DNA of 64,000 bases from the NCBI GenBank assembly GCA_963662335.2, contig CAXXVD010000005.1, positions 160,001 to 224,000 on the forward strand, in the 5' to 3' direction. This stretch comes from Chloroflexota bacterium. GTDB lineage: Bacteria; Chloroflexota; UBA11872; VXOZ01. Below, piece by piece: positions 9,667 to 18,879 of this stretch. Below the pieces are notes generated by a model. The model did not search any database, was not told the DNA's origin, and saw only the letters and a list, made by a program, of their open reading frames with translations. The translations under genes and the position numbers were made by a program. Within the stretch, counting starts at the first letter, position 1. Each line of letters starts with the position of its first letter.

Positions 9667-10119
9667 TCAGCGCGTGTGACCCACCAGGCTCGTAGCCGTA
9701 ACTACCCGCGCCACGACATCTTCGGTAATCTCGCCTTCAGGCTGCTTGGGAATGACGAACGCGCGGCGGTGCACGTCGGTATCCACCACTTGCAGCGCCT
9801 CGTCAGGGCCTAGTTCGGTGCCCATTCGTTCCAGCCACCCGGCGGGATCCTGGATGATGACCGCCTTGTAGTCCGGGTCTTTCCAATAGGCAGGCGCCGC
9901 GCCGATGAATGAGGGATAGCAACTGCACGGCGTGCAGATTACCATGTGGTGCGTGGCGCCGGTGTTGTCATAGACGGCCACGGCCAACTGCGCCGGCACG
10001 TCGATGCCGAGTTCCCGCAACGCTGCACGCGGGTCGCGCAGCAACCGGCTTTTGAAGTCTGCATCCCGCCACGCGCGCATGACTGCTCTGCGTGCGTCGC
10101 TGTTTTCCGTTTGCGCCAT
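9667..10119 (-). CDS. Nitrile hydratase alpha-subunit-like protein (short, orphan)
   Basis: RAWRDADFKSRLL, DNT, VICTPCSCYP (CxxCSC metal motif), PAYWK, FVIPKQP and C-terminal SLVG; AGGGGAGG RBS. Confidence 0.85.
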   Translation of the reverse strand: MAQTENSDARRAVMRAWRDADFKSRLLRDPRAALRELGIDVPAQLAVAVYDNTGATHHMVICTPCSCYPSFIGAAPAYWKDPDYKAVIIQDPAGWLERMGTELGPDEALQVVDTDVHRRAFVIPKQPEGEITEDVVARVVTATSLVGHTR

Positions 10120-10258
10120 GTGCGACCTCCCCTATAACTCCCGACTAGCATACCACAACCCCTCGGCACAGCCTGTGTTGGATTCGCGTGCTGCCCGATT
10201 CACCCAGTTTCCTGGGTTCGTTCCCCAAACGCCTTACTATCTTAGATTCTTTCACTTC

Positions 10259-10287
10259 TTGACACTCAGGACGCAGAGATTTATACT
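10259..10287 (+). promoter_or_regulatory. Sigma70-type promoter of the GNAT gene
   Basis: TTGACA-17 nt-TATACT. Confidence 0.7.
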
Positions 10288-10299
10288 ACTCACGTCAAC

Positions 10300-11124
10300 A
10301 TGAAGATACGGCGCTCGCGTTGCACGGGAGAGACTCTCATGCCGGCTGACGACGCGTACCCGACGTTTGCCGATCTGCTGGATAACGAAGAGTCCTATGT
10401 GTCGCGTTGGTGCGAGGTGACGGACTTCCACGGCGTACGCTTCTACCGCAGCCATGTCCTACCGACGCACCTGTTCAACTTCGTAACGAGGTTGTGGCGC
10501 TTCCCTGAAGGCGCTTCTTTGCTCGACCACATCGAGCAACACTACGGCGCTCCATCCTTACCCCACCGCCTCTTCCTTGGCCCCAAGGAGCCGCAAGACC
10601 TTGCAGCCTTCTTTGCGAGTCACGGCTACTCACCGCTTAGTGAGCGGCTGATACTTGTGCACGATCTCACTCGTATGCCGCGGATAGCATCGCCTCACGT
10701 CCGAGTGAAAGAAGTCACACAGCCGGCTGAGTTTCAAGCGTGGGTACGTGTCGCCCTGAAGAGTTGGCGGCATCCGCGCTTCCCGCAAGACTTCGACCGC
10801 GTCGTCTCAGCAATTGTCTCCAGCGGGGTTGCCGCCGGCGACTTCACGTGCTATCTCGCCACAATTGACGGCCGTTGGGTCGGCACCGGCCTCATGAATC
10901 GCACCGGACAACTGGCGGGGATTCACGCCATAACCACCATTCCCAGCGCGCGCGGCCAAGGCGCGGCCTCCGCAATCATCGCCAGAATACTGGCAGATGC
11001 CGCGGCGCAGGACCGCGCTCCGGTCTGCCTACAAACAGGGAAAGGAGACGGCGCCGACATCCTCTATCAGCGCATGGGCTTTCGTACGCTCTATACGCTG
11101 GCAAAATACGGCCCGCCGCACTAG
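10300..11124 (+). CDS. GNAT family N-acetyltransferase
   Basis: C-terminal GNAT motif A (ITTIPSARGQGAA) and LYQRMGF; alternative start ATG 10339. Confidence 0.8.
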   Translation: MKIRRSRCTGETLMPADDAYPTFADLLDNEESYVSRWCEVTDFHGVRFYRSHVLPTHLFNFVTRLWRFPEGASLLDHIEQHYGAPSLPHRLFLGPKEPQDLAAFFASHGYSPLSERLILVHDLTRMPRIASPHVRVKEVTQPAEFQAWVRVALKSWRHPRFPQDFDRVVSAIVSSGVAAGDFTCYLATIDGRWVGTGLMNRTGQLAGIHAITTIPSARGQGAASAIIARILADAAAQDRAPVCLQTGKGDGADILYQRMGFRTLYTLAKYGPPH

Positions 11125-12203
11125 GCATCCGGGCTCGTTTGACGCGCTCGCGCCAGTTGCGCCTTGAGGTGGTCGATCGGCGCTACCGGCGTGGGGTCTA
11201 CGCCGTTGAGCATAGCCAGGTAGAAGCTGACGTAATCGCCCAGGAGGATGGCAAGTAGTTGCTGCGCCAAGGGGGTGGGGCCCGGCACGTTCACCGTCTC
11301 CGTGGCGATGTGCGCGGTTTCGAGCAACTCTCCGGTTACCCGAAACCGCAGGCGCGTGCGCTCCGGGTAGAAGTCTGACGCCAAATGCACCACGCGCAGG
11401 ACGCCGGCGCCTCCGGCCGGGTGGGCGTACCCCACGACCGCGTTGTGGTTGGCCTCCGGCAGGCGCTCGAACTCCGCCCACTGCTTGCTGTTCTCGTTGA
11501 TTTGCGTCTTCCAGCGCCGCGCCGCTTCGCTGAGAAATCCGGCGGCGTAGATGCTCACAATGCGCCCGTGCAGGGCGCGCGCCAACCGCTTGGCCGGATT
11601 CGCGGTCTCAGGGACGGTGACGGCAAAGGCCCGCGCCTGCTCCGCGATAAAGCGGACTGCGGCCAGGACATCCGCAGCCGGACATTGAATGAAGCCCAGC
11701 GCCGCCAACGCATGGAGCACGGGCATGTAGAGATGCGGCAGGGCGGCGCGCGGCTGCGCTACGGCCTCGATGGGAAACAGGGGAATGCCGCTTGCGCGGG
11801 CGCGCGCCGCCAGCGCGCCGCCGCTGGCGACCGCGATGAGCGACGCGCCTCTACTGAGCGCCTCGTCGAAAGCGGCCAGCGTCTCCTCGGTATTGCCGGA
11901 GTAGCTGACGGCAAGCGCCAACGTGCGGCTGCCCACGTACCCGGGCAAACTATAGTCGCGGACGACCTCCAGAGGGACTGCAAGCGAGTCCGCGGCCAAC
12001 GTGCGGACAAGATCGCCGCTGATTGCCGAGCCGCCCATGCCAAGCGCCACCACCGACCGCGCCTGCCGGTAGGACGGCGGCAGCGGCACGCGCTGCGCTT
12101 GCCGCCACGCGGCGGTGCAGGCGTCGGGAAACCCGGCAATCTGGGCTGCCATGTTGCCGGCGTCGAGCCTGGCGAGAAGCTGGGGGTCGTCGAGATTGGT
12201 CAT
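11121..12203 (-). CDS. Bifunctional phosphoglucose/phosphomannose isomerase (SIS, archaeal-type)
   Basis: GMGGSAISGD, SYSGNTEET, RRWKTQINENSK and PEANHN motifs. Confidence 0.9.
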   Translation of the reverse strand: MTNLDDPQLLARLDAGNMAAQIAGFPDACTAAWRQAQRVPLPPSYRQARSVVALGMGGSAISGDLVRTLAADSLAVPLEVVRDYSLPGYVGSRTLALAVSYSGNTEETLAAFDEALSRGASLIAVASGGALAARARASGIPLFPIEAVAQPRAALPHLYMPVLHALAALGFIQCPAADVLAAVRFIAEQARAFAVTVPETANPAKRLARALHGRIVSIYAAGFLSEAARRWKTQINENSKQWAEFERLPEANHNAVVGYAHPAGGAGVLRVVHLASDFYPERTRLRFRVTGELLETAHIATETVNVPGPTPLAQQLLAILLGDYVSFYLAMLNGVDPTPVAPIDHLKAQLARARQTSPDA

Positions 12204-12253
12204 CTACCGGAATAGAGTATGCAGACCGCTAGAGGAAACACACATCCGCCAGC

Positions 12254-13972
12254 CTACGGCTTGTGGATGCGCACCCAGCGGTTGGGCTCTTTGCCGTAGC
12301 TGCGCGAGCCCAGGTTGAACTTGTGCGCAAGCTCGTGCTGCAGGCGGCGAATGTAGGAATTGGCCGGCGGCAGGTCCACGGGATGCGAGGTGTGCAACGT
12401 CTCCTGCACGGCGGCCTCGGCCAGGCGGAGGTCTTCGCTCGCGTCAGCCGGCTGCCGGGTATCGAGGTCGAAGATGCTGGCAAGGCTCTGGTTAATCTGC
12501 GTTTGCGCATTGCTCCGCAGCACGAAGATGGGAATCTGCCGCTGCTCCGCGATTGGCAAAGGCCCCGTCCGCTGGCGGTAGCAACTCTTGAGCGTCAGCA
12601 CCACGTCCGCCGCGTCCAGGTCTTCCGTAATCCAGGCCGGAGCCCCCAGACGCCGCGCTCCTTCCTCCAGGCGCTTGCGGCTCACCCCAAAGGGGAAGAT
12701 CGAGACCGGCTTGCGCGGCGGCGGTTCCGCACGCTTCTCCTGGAAGCCGTCCTCCTGACCGTCCTCGTCGTAGCCGTCATTCCGCCAGTGGGGGGCAATG
12801 AAACGCGAATCCGGGCCGCGCGACCTGCCATTGCGGCTTGTTCCCGTCCGCTCCCGCCACGCTCTCACCTCGCCTTCCTGCGGGTCCCAGAGTTCCTGCG
12901 CGCGCATTCCCTGCGGCGGCGCAATCTCGCGTTTTGTTGCTTCAATCCTGTTTTCGTCGCCGCGCACCCGCTCTTCCACCACGATCGGCCGCCCGCGCAG
13001 GAGATTGTCGATGGTCTCAGCCACGTCGTGGTGCACGATCATGTGGTGCCAACCCTTGATCTCCACCAGCACGTGAAACGTGGGCGGGGCCTTGCGTTCC
13101 AGCACCGACTTCTGCGAACGCCGCCGCCGGGCCTCGTCGTCACCCAGCGTGACGGTCTGGATGCCGCCAATCAAGTCGGCGAGCGTCGGGTTCTGCATCA
13201 GATTGGTGAGCGTGTTGCCGTGGGCCGTGCCTACCAGTTGCACGCCGCGCTCGGCAATGGTGCGCGCGGCGGCGGCCTCCAATTCGGTGCCGATTTCATC
13301 GATCACGATGACCTCGGGCATGTGATTCTCAACGGCTTCGATCATCACCTTGTGCTGGTCGGTTGCGTGCGGCACCTGCATGCGCCGGGCGCGGCCGATA
13401 CCGGCGTGGGGAATATCGCCGTCGCCGGCAATCTCATTGGAGGTGTCTACCACGATCACGCGCTTGTGCGCTTCGTCGGCCAGAACGCGCGCCACGTCGC
13501 GCAGCAGCGTCGTCTTGCCCACACCCGGACTGCCCAACAACAGCGGACTCTTGCCGGATTCAACCAGGTCGCGAATGATCTCGATCGTGCCGAACACGGC
13601 CCGGCCGACGCGGCAGGTCAGCCCGACGATCTCTCCCGCGCGGTTGCGCATGGCCGAAATGCGGTGGAGCGTGCGGGGAATGCCGACGCGGTTATCCACG
13701 GTGAACGCGCCGAGCTTGGAAACGACAGAAGCGAGGTCGTCCGCGCTCAATTCTCTGTCGTCGAGGGTTGCCTCACGGGTGAGGAAGCGCGCCTCCGGCT
13801 TGCGACCGAGATCCAGGACGACTTCAAGCAGATCGGAGGCGTCCTCGATTGCTTCCAGGGAGCCCTGTATGCGCGGCGGCATGACACGCACGAGCGCCGC
13901 GATGTCGTCCGTTACCTGAATCTCCGTCTGTGTCAATGGAAGCCTGGTGGCTACCGGCTCATCCATACGCAT
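12254..13972 (-). CDS. AAA ATPase (SpoIIIAA/Ycf45-like) with C-terminal R3H domain
   Basis: Walker A GSPGVGKT, VDTSNEIAGDGD, Walker B VIDEIG, GTAHG; R3H YIRRLQH...GKEPNR; start uncertain (13966/13972/14002). Confidence 0.88.
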   Translation of the reverse strand: MRMDEPVATRLPLTQTEIQVTDDIAALVRVMPPRIQGSLEAIEDASDLLEVVLDLGRKPEARFLTREATLDDRELSADDLASVVSKLGAFTVDNRVGIPRTLHRISAMRNRAGEIVGLTCRVGRAVFGTIEIIRDLVESGKSPLLLGSPGVGKTTLLRDVARVLADEAHKRVIVVDTSNEIAGDGDIPHAGIGRARRMQVPHATDQHKVMIEAVENHMPEVIVIDEIGTELEAAAARTIAERGVQLVGTAHGNTLTNLMQNPTLADLIGGIQTVTLGDDEARRRRSQKSVLERKAPPTFHVLVEIKGWHHMIVHHDVAETIDNLLRGRPIVVEERVRGDENRIEATKREIAPPQGMRAQELWDPQEGEVRAWRERTGTSRNGRSRGPDSRFIAPHWRNDGYDEDGQEDGFQEKRAEPPPRKPVSIFPFGVSRKRLEEGARRLGAPAWITEDLDAADVVLTLKSCYRQRTGPLPIAEQRQIPIFVLRSNAQTQINQSLASIFDLDTRQPADASEDLRLAEAAVQETLHTSHPVDLPPANSYIRRLQHELAHKFNLGSRSYGKEPNRWVRIHKP

Positions 13973-14071
13973 TCGCCTCACGCCAAGATTACCGTAGACC
14001 ATTCGCTGCCAGCGGCGCTTACGCCAACCAGCGATGTCATCGTACGCCGCCGTTCGCCCTCCGCGCCTCCA

Positions 14072-15013
14072 TCATGATACCACGCGCGGGCTGTGGAGCA
14101 CCGCGCCGAGCATCGCGCCGTAGCCGCGCCGGAAGTCCGCCGCCGGCAGCGCGCGTTTGCCCGCAAGTTGCACCTCATCGAGCACGACGATGCCGTCATT
14201 GGCCGTGACCGCCAGGCCTTTCCCGTGGGGAAACACCGTGCCGGGCACGCCTTCTCCGCTCTCCGGCAGCGGATGCGCCCGCAGGAGCTTGAGTTGGCGG
14301 TCGCGCCAGAACGTCACCGCGCCCGGCCAGGGCTGCATGGCACGCACGCGGCGGCAGATTGCCTGGGCATCTTGCTCCCACCGCACGAATCCGTCTTCCT
14401 TCTTCAACAGCGGCGCGTAGGTTGCGCTCTGGTCGTCCTGGGGCTGCGGTACGGTGCGGCCTGCGACCCAATCGTCCAGCGTTGGCAGCAAAAGCGCCGC
14501 GCCCAATTGCGCGAGGGCGCTCGTGAGGCTTGCGGTCGTCTCGTCACCGATGAGCGCGAGTGCTTGCCGCCGTAGAATGGGGCCGGTGTCAAGCCCTTCG
14601 TCCATCCGCATGATCGTCACGCCGCTGGCGGCGTCACCGGCCAGAATGGCCGCCGCCACCGGGGCGGCTCCCCGATGCCGGGGCAGAAGAGAGGCGTGCA
14701 CGTTGAGACACCCGTGCGGAGGCAGCGCGAGAATGGCTGCGGGCAGGATCTTGCCGTAAGCCACAACCACGATTGCGTCGGCGGCGGCAGCCGCCAACTC
14801 CGCCACTACGCGGGCCGAGCGCAGCGTGCGGGGCTGGGAAACCGCCAGACCGCGTTCCAGCGCCGCTTGCTTTACCGGCGGCATCTGCGGCTTGCGGCCC
14901 CGTCCCGCGGGACGATCCTGCTGGGTCACGACCAGGGCTACCGCGTGGCGTTGCGCGAGAGCGTGCAGGCTGGGTACGGCAAAGGCGGCGGTGCCGCAGA
15001 AGACGACACGCAT
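14072..15013 (-). CDS. fmt: Methionyl-tRNA formyltransferase
   Basis: DRPAGRG, VAYGKIL, NVHASLLPRHRGAAP and MDEGLDTG motifs. Confidence 0.96.
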   Translation of the reverse strand: MRVVFCGTAAFAVPSLHALAQRHAVALVVTQQDRPAGRGRKPQMPPVKQAALERGLAVSQPRTLRSARVVAELAAAAADAIVVVAYGKILPAAILALPPHGCLNVHASLLPRHRGAAPVAAAILAGDAASGVTIMRMDEGLDTGPILRRQALALIGDETTASLTSALAQLGAALLLPTLDDWVAGRTVPQPQDDQSATYAPLLKKEDGFVRWEQDAQAICRRVRAMQPWPGAVTFWRDRQLKLLRAHPLPESGEGVPGTVFPHGKGLAVTANDGIVVLDEVQLAGKRALPAADFRRGYGAMLGAVLHSPRVVS

Positions 15014-15022
15014 CCAAGACTC

Positions 15023-15526
15023 CTAGGCATCTTCCGGCAGGGCATCCGCCTCAGACTCCGGTTCCACGCGGTACAACTGCTCAGGGTCCTCCAGGCGGTC
15101 CACGAACATGACACCGTCCAAGTGATCGATCTCATGCTGGAAGACACGCGCGAGCAAGTCCTCGGCGCGGATGCGGATCTTCTTCCCCTCCGGGGAACGA
15201 CCCTTCACGACCACGCTCTGGTAGCGTTTCACAGGCCCGTAGTAGGACGAATACGAGAGACACCCTTCTTCGTCTTCGATCGCCTCCTCGGACGTTTTGA
15301 CAATTTCCGGGTTGACCACCGCCATGCGCTTCTCGTCAGCGTGTACGACGATCACTCGTAGGGGAACGCCGACTTGCGGCGCGGCCAGGCCCACGCCCGC
15401 GGCCGCGTCCATCGTGTCGAACATGTCGTCCGTGAGCTTGCGCAGCCCTCTCATGCCCTTGGGGACGGGCTTCGCCTTCTTGCGCAGAATCTCGTTGCCA
15501 AGCTGCCGGATCTCTTGAGCCGCCAC
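15023..15526 (-). CDS. def: Peptide deformylase
   Basis: GVGLAAPQVG, EGCLS and QHEIDHLDG motifs. Confidence 0.97.
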   Translation of the reverse strand: MAAQEIRQLGNEILRKKAKPVPKGMRGLRKLTDDMFDTMDAAAGVGLAAPQVGVPLRVIVVHADEKRMAVVNPEIVKTSEEAIEDEEGCLSYSSYYGPVKRYQSVVVKGRSPEGKKIRIRAEDLLARVFQHEIDHLDGVMFVDRLEDPEQLYRVEPESEADALPEDA

Positions 15527-15557
15527 GGTTGCTCTCTTGCCTCTAGTCTCGCGGGTC

Positions 15558-18005
15558 CTATAGTACGCTTACCGGGTCTACGTCGATCGTCCAGCCCGCG
15601 GGCACGTGAACCAACAGGCGGTGAATGTCTTTCCCGCGCACGATGACGTGCCAGCGGTAGAGACCGCGCACACGCTCCGGGAACGCGGGTGCGGGCCCCA
15701 GAAGCTCAACCGCAAGGCCGTCGCGCGCGGTGGCCTCTTGCAGACATTGTACCAAAGCCACGGCCGCCTCGGCGGCGCGCTCGGCATTGCGGTCTTGGTA
15801 GAGGAGCACGGCCATGGCGACGCTTGGCGGGAAAGCCCCCGCGCGCTCTTCCATGCTCTTGCGGTAGAACCACAGGTAACGCCCGATCTCAAGCGCGCGC
15901 AGGGGCAGGCTCTCCGGCGTGTAGGTTTGGACAAGGAAATCCGCCCCGGCTGCCGCCGCCATGAACCCTATGCGCCGCAAGAGTTGGTACGTGCGCTCAG
16001 AGGCGCGAAAGTCCGGCAGGTGGAGCGCCGTATCCGCGGACACCACGGCGTAGAGCGCAACCGGCAACGGCTCGCGCAGCACGGCCGCGGTGCCGATGAG
16101 GATACCCAGCTTGCCTTCCCGCAGGGCGGCGAATGGGCTAGCCCCTTCTTTCGCGCTGATGACGTCGCTGTCCCAGCGCGCGATGCGGGCGTCGGGCAGG
16201 ATGCGCTGCATCTCCAGTTCCACGGCCTGCGCGCCGACGCCGCGAAAACGCAGCGGCTTTGCGCACACGGGGCACTGCGACGGAATCGGCGCTTCCGCTG
16301 CACAGCGGTGGCAGCGCATGACGCCGCTCGCCCGGTGCTGCACCAAGGGCACGCTGCAATTTTGGCACTCGACCACGTGGCCGCACGCGGGGCAGAGCGC
16401 GTGGGTCGCCGCGCCGCGCCGGTTCTGCAAGAGCACCACGGGCCGCCGGTCATCGAGGGCTTTAGCAACCGCGTCCCGCAACTCACGGCTGATAAGCTGC
16501 CGCGGCCCCACGTGGCGGGCCGCGCGCATGTCTATGATGCGAGCGGTGGGCGTAACGTCCGTGGCGCGGACGAATTGGGCGTTTCCGCTCTCAACTTCCG
16601 CATACGTGGTCACACGCGGGGTGTGCGAAAAGAGCAGCAGCGGCGCACCGAACTGCTCGGAAAGCCATTCGGCGACGGTAACGGCGTGGAAGCGCAGGCC
16701 CTTGAGGTTCTTGTCGACGTTTTCATCTGAACGCGGGATTTCGGGATTCTTGTAGTAGTCCTCGTGTTCACTATCGACAAGTATCAGTCCCAGTTGTTGA
16801 AACGGGAGGAATACCGCGGTCCGTGTGCCGACCACTACAACCGGATCACGGCTGTACACACGCTCCCAAGTAGTCCGGCGTTTCGCCGTTCGCAGCGCTT
16901 CGTGCCACTCTAGCGCTGCGCCGGGGAACGTGGATTCCAGAGTCTCGGCAACCCGCCGCGCCACGGCTGGGTTGGGAGTAAGGAGCAAGACCTGGCCGCC
17001 GGCCGCGAGCGTGCGCGCCGCGGCATGGCAGTACAGTTGCTCGGGTGAGGAATTGACCATCACGACGGTGCGGCGAGGGCGAGCCGTACTTTCGCCATCA
17101 GACATGGTCGGGGCAATTGCTTCCCAGGCGCGCGCCTCAGCGGGGTCATCGAGAGTCGGCAGGCCCGCTGGTGCGTGGCCAAGCCGAATCTGATGCGCGG
17201 CGTCAAAACGCACCAAGCCTTTCTCTTCAAGCCTGCGCAATGAACCCAGATTCCCGCCCGTTTCCCTAAGCAGCGCGTCAACGGGAGCGCGCCTGCTACG
17301 GTCTTCCAGGGCTTGCATGAGACGGCGTTGGGAGCGCGAACGCCGCAAGAGCGTTTCCGCATCCTGTAGCCCAGCAAGACTCGCAACCCACTGCTCTCTC
17401 AGGGATGGCGGCCGCGCCGCCTGAACCTCTACGCGCACGTGCACGGCGCCGGCGCGTTCCAGCCGCCTTTGAATAGGCTTGTACTCCTTGCTGCCAACCA
17501 ACTGCGCGAGTTTCTTGTGCGATACTTCGTCTCCCTCCCGCAATGCCGAGAGTATGAGTTGACCGCTTTCTGTTTTTGCAATGTCCTCCGGCAGGGGTAC
17601 TTGCGGATCCAACTTCGACCAGCGCCGCACGCGCCCGCGCAAACCGGGCGGCAGCATGGGCGCAATCACTTTCATCGGAGAAGCGAAGTAGTAGCGGGCG
17701 ATTCTGCGCGCCAGGGCGATTTGCGCCGGCGTGAGCAGCGCGCCGTCGGCGACGACGTCCATGATTTCGCGGATGTCTTCCAGCGGCACAGGAGATTCTT
17801 CCGCGCCGGCCACCACCAGGCCTTCGATGATGCGTTCGCCAAAGCCGACGAGCACCATCACGCCCGGCGCGACTCGTTCCCGCAGGTGAGCGGGTACGGC
17901 GTAATGGTAGGTCTGATCCGCGGGGACGTTGAGCACGTCCACCGCGACCTCGGCGTACGGCGTCTCGAGAGGGGGTGGGTTCACCGGCGCGGGGAAATCC
18001 GACAC
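15558..18005 (-). CDS. priA: Primosomal protein N' (PriA) with degenerate helicase motifs
   Basis: N-terminal 3'-binding domain, VVVGTRTAVFLP, NRRG, 8-Cys cluster, PDFRASERTYQL, QTYTP, GPAPA; gmk-priA-def-fmt synteny. Confidence 0.9.
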   Translation of the reverse strand: MSDFPAPVNPPPLETPYAEVAVDVLNVPADQTYHYAVPAHLRERVAPGVMVLVGFGERIIEGLVVAGAEESPVPLEDIREIMDVVADGALLTPAQIALARRIARYYFASPMKVIAPMLPPGLRGRVRRWSKLDPQVPLPEDIAKTESGQLILSALREGDEVSHKKLAQLVGSKEYKPIQRRLERAGAVHVRVEVQAARPPSLREQWVASLAGLQDAETLLRRSRSQRRLMQALEDRSRRAPVDALLRETGGNLGSLRRLEEKGLVRFDAAHQIRLGHAPAGLPTLDDPAEARAWEAIAPTMSDGESTARPRRTVVMVNSSPEQLYCHAAARTLAAGGQVLLLTPNPAVARRVAETLESTFPGAALEWHEALRTAKRRTTWERVYSRDPVVVVGTRTAVFLPFQQLGLILVDSEHEDYYKNPEIPRSDENVDKNLKGLRFHAVTVAEWLSEQFGAPLLLFSHTPRVTTYAEVESGNAQFVRATDVTPTARIIDMRAARHVGPRQLISRELRDAVAKALDDRRPVVLLQNRRGAATHALCPACGHVVECQNCSVPLVQHRASGVMRCHRCAAEAPIPSQCPVCAKPLRFRGVGAQAVELEMQRILPDARIARWDSDVISAKEGASPFAALREGKLGILIGTAAVLREPLPVALYAVVSADTALHLPDFRASERTYQLLRRIGFMAAAAGADFLVQTYTPESLPLRALEIGRYLWFYRKSMEERAGAFPPSVAMAVLLYQDRNAERAAEAAVALVQCLQEATARDGLAVELLGPAPAFPERVRGLYRWHVIVRGKDIHRLLVHVPAGWTIDVDPVSVL

Positions 18006-18622
18006 TTTTCCGCCGTCATGATGGCGCTGAGTTGCTCGACTGCGGCCTCTAGTTTGCCCGGCTGATTGACAACGAGGTAGTCGAACTGTGGAATTGCCGC
18101 CAGTTCACGCTGTGCCAGCGCGTCGCGGGTGGCTTCTTCAGCGGGCGATTCCGTGCCCCGGCGGTCGCGGCGCTCGCGCAGCGCCTCCAGAGAAGGCGGC
18201 CCAATGAAGACGTGAATGCTCGCGGGCATGCGCTCGCGAATCGAAGCGGCGCCTTGCACGTCCACCCGCAGCAGCACGTCCTCCCCGCGCTCCAGCGCGC
18301 CCGTAACCTCTAGGAGCGGCGTGCCGTACCGGCGGCCGTAGACGGTTGCGGTTTCCAGAAACTTCCCTTGCGCCTCCCACTGCGCGAACTCAGCCGGCGT
18401 AAGAAAGTGGTGGTGCGCGCCGTGCGCTTCACCGGGGCGCGGCGGACGCGTGACGGCCGTGACCGCCCGGTAGAAGCGCACGCCCCGCGCGGCGAGACCG
18501 CCGATGACCGCGTCCTTGCCGACGCCCGACGGCCCGGAGAGCACGAAGAGTCGCGCTCGCGGCAATTCGACGCCGGGAGTTGCTGCTTGAGATGCCGGCT
18601 GCGGGAGAGCGTCCACCGCCAC
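17981..18622 (-). CDS. gmk: Guanylate kinase
   Basis: LSGPSGVGKD, TRPPRPGE, YGT, DVQGA, FIGPPS; start moved to GTG 18622. Confidence 0.93.
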   Translation of the reverse strand: MAVDALPQPASQAATPGVELPRARLFVLSGPSGVGKDAVIGGLAARGVRFYRAVTAVTRPPRPGEAHGAHHHFLTPAEFAQWEAQGKFLETATVYGRRYGTPLLEVTGALERGEDVLLRVDVQGAASIRERMPASIHVFIGPPSLEALRERRDRRGTESPAEEATRDALAQRELAAIPQFDYLVVNQPGKLEAAVEQLSAIMTAEKCRISPRR

Positions 18623-18761
18623 ACACGCTCCGTCTGCTGCGCAATTGCTACGCGATTTAGAGTACGCGACAGACTTGGCACCGGTCAACGTCGCGCTTCT
18701 GGCAAGACGCCGCAGCGAGTAAGTACAGCGCTTTCCCCTTAGCCGACCCACAGCGTCCGCA

Positions 18762-18787
18762 GTAGCGCGGGGGCCTGCCCCCCGCCT
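18762..18787 (+). repeat. REP-like palindrome (GTAGCGCGGGGG...CCCCCGC type)
   Basis: Near-identical to 2945-2970 and to the inverted copy at 33242-33267. Confidence 0.7.
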
Positions 18788-18879
18788 CTTAGCGCAAGAA
18801 CCCAACTCCATCGGGCGCAGGATACTTCGCAGCGCGCGCCACTGACGAACTCACCACACCAGGGACCAGGCAAGAGACC

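Noticed and set aside
9667-10119. NHLP-type RiPP precursor
   Set aside because: It retains the CxxCSC metal segment that NHLP leaders lack, has no Gly-Gly core peptide, and no modifying enzymes are nearby
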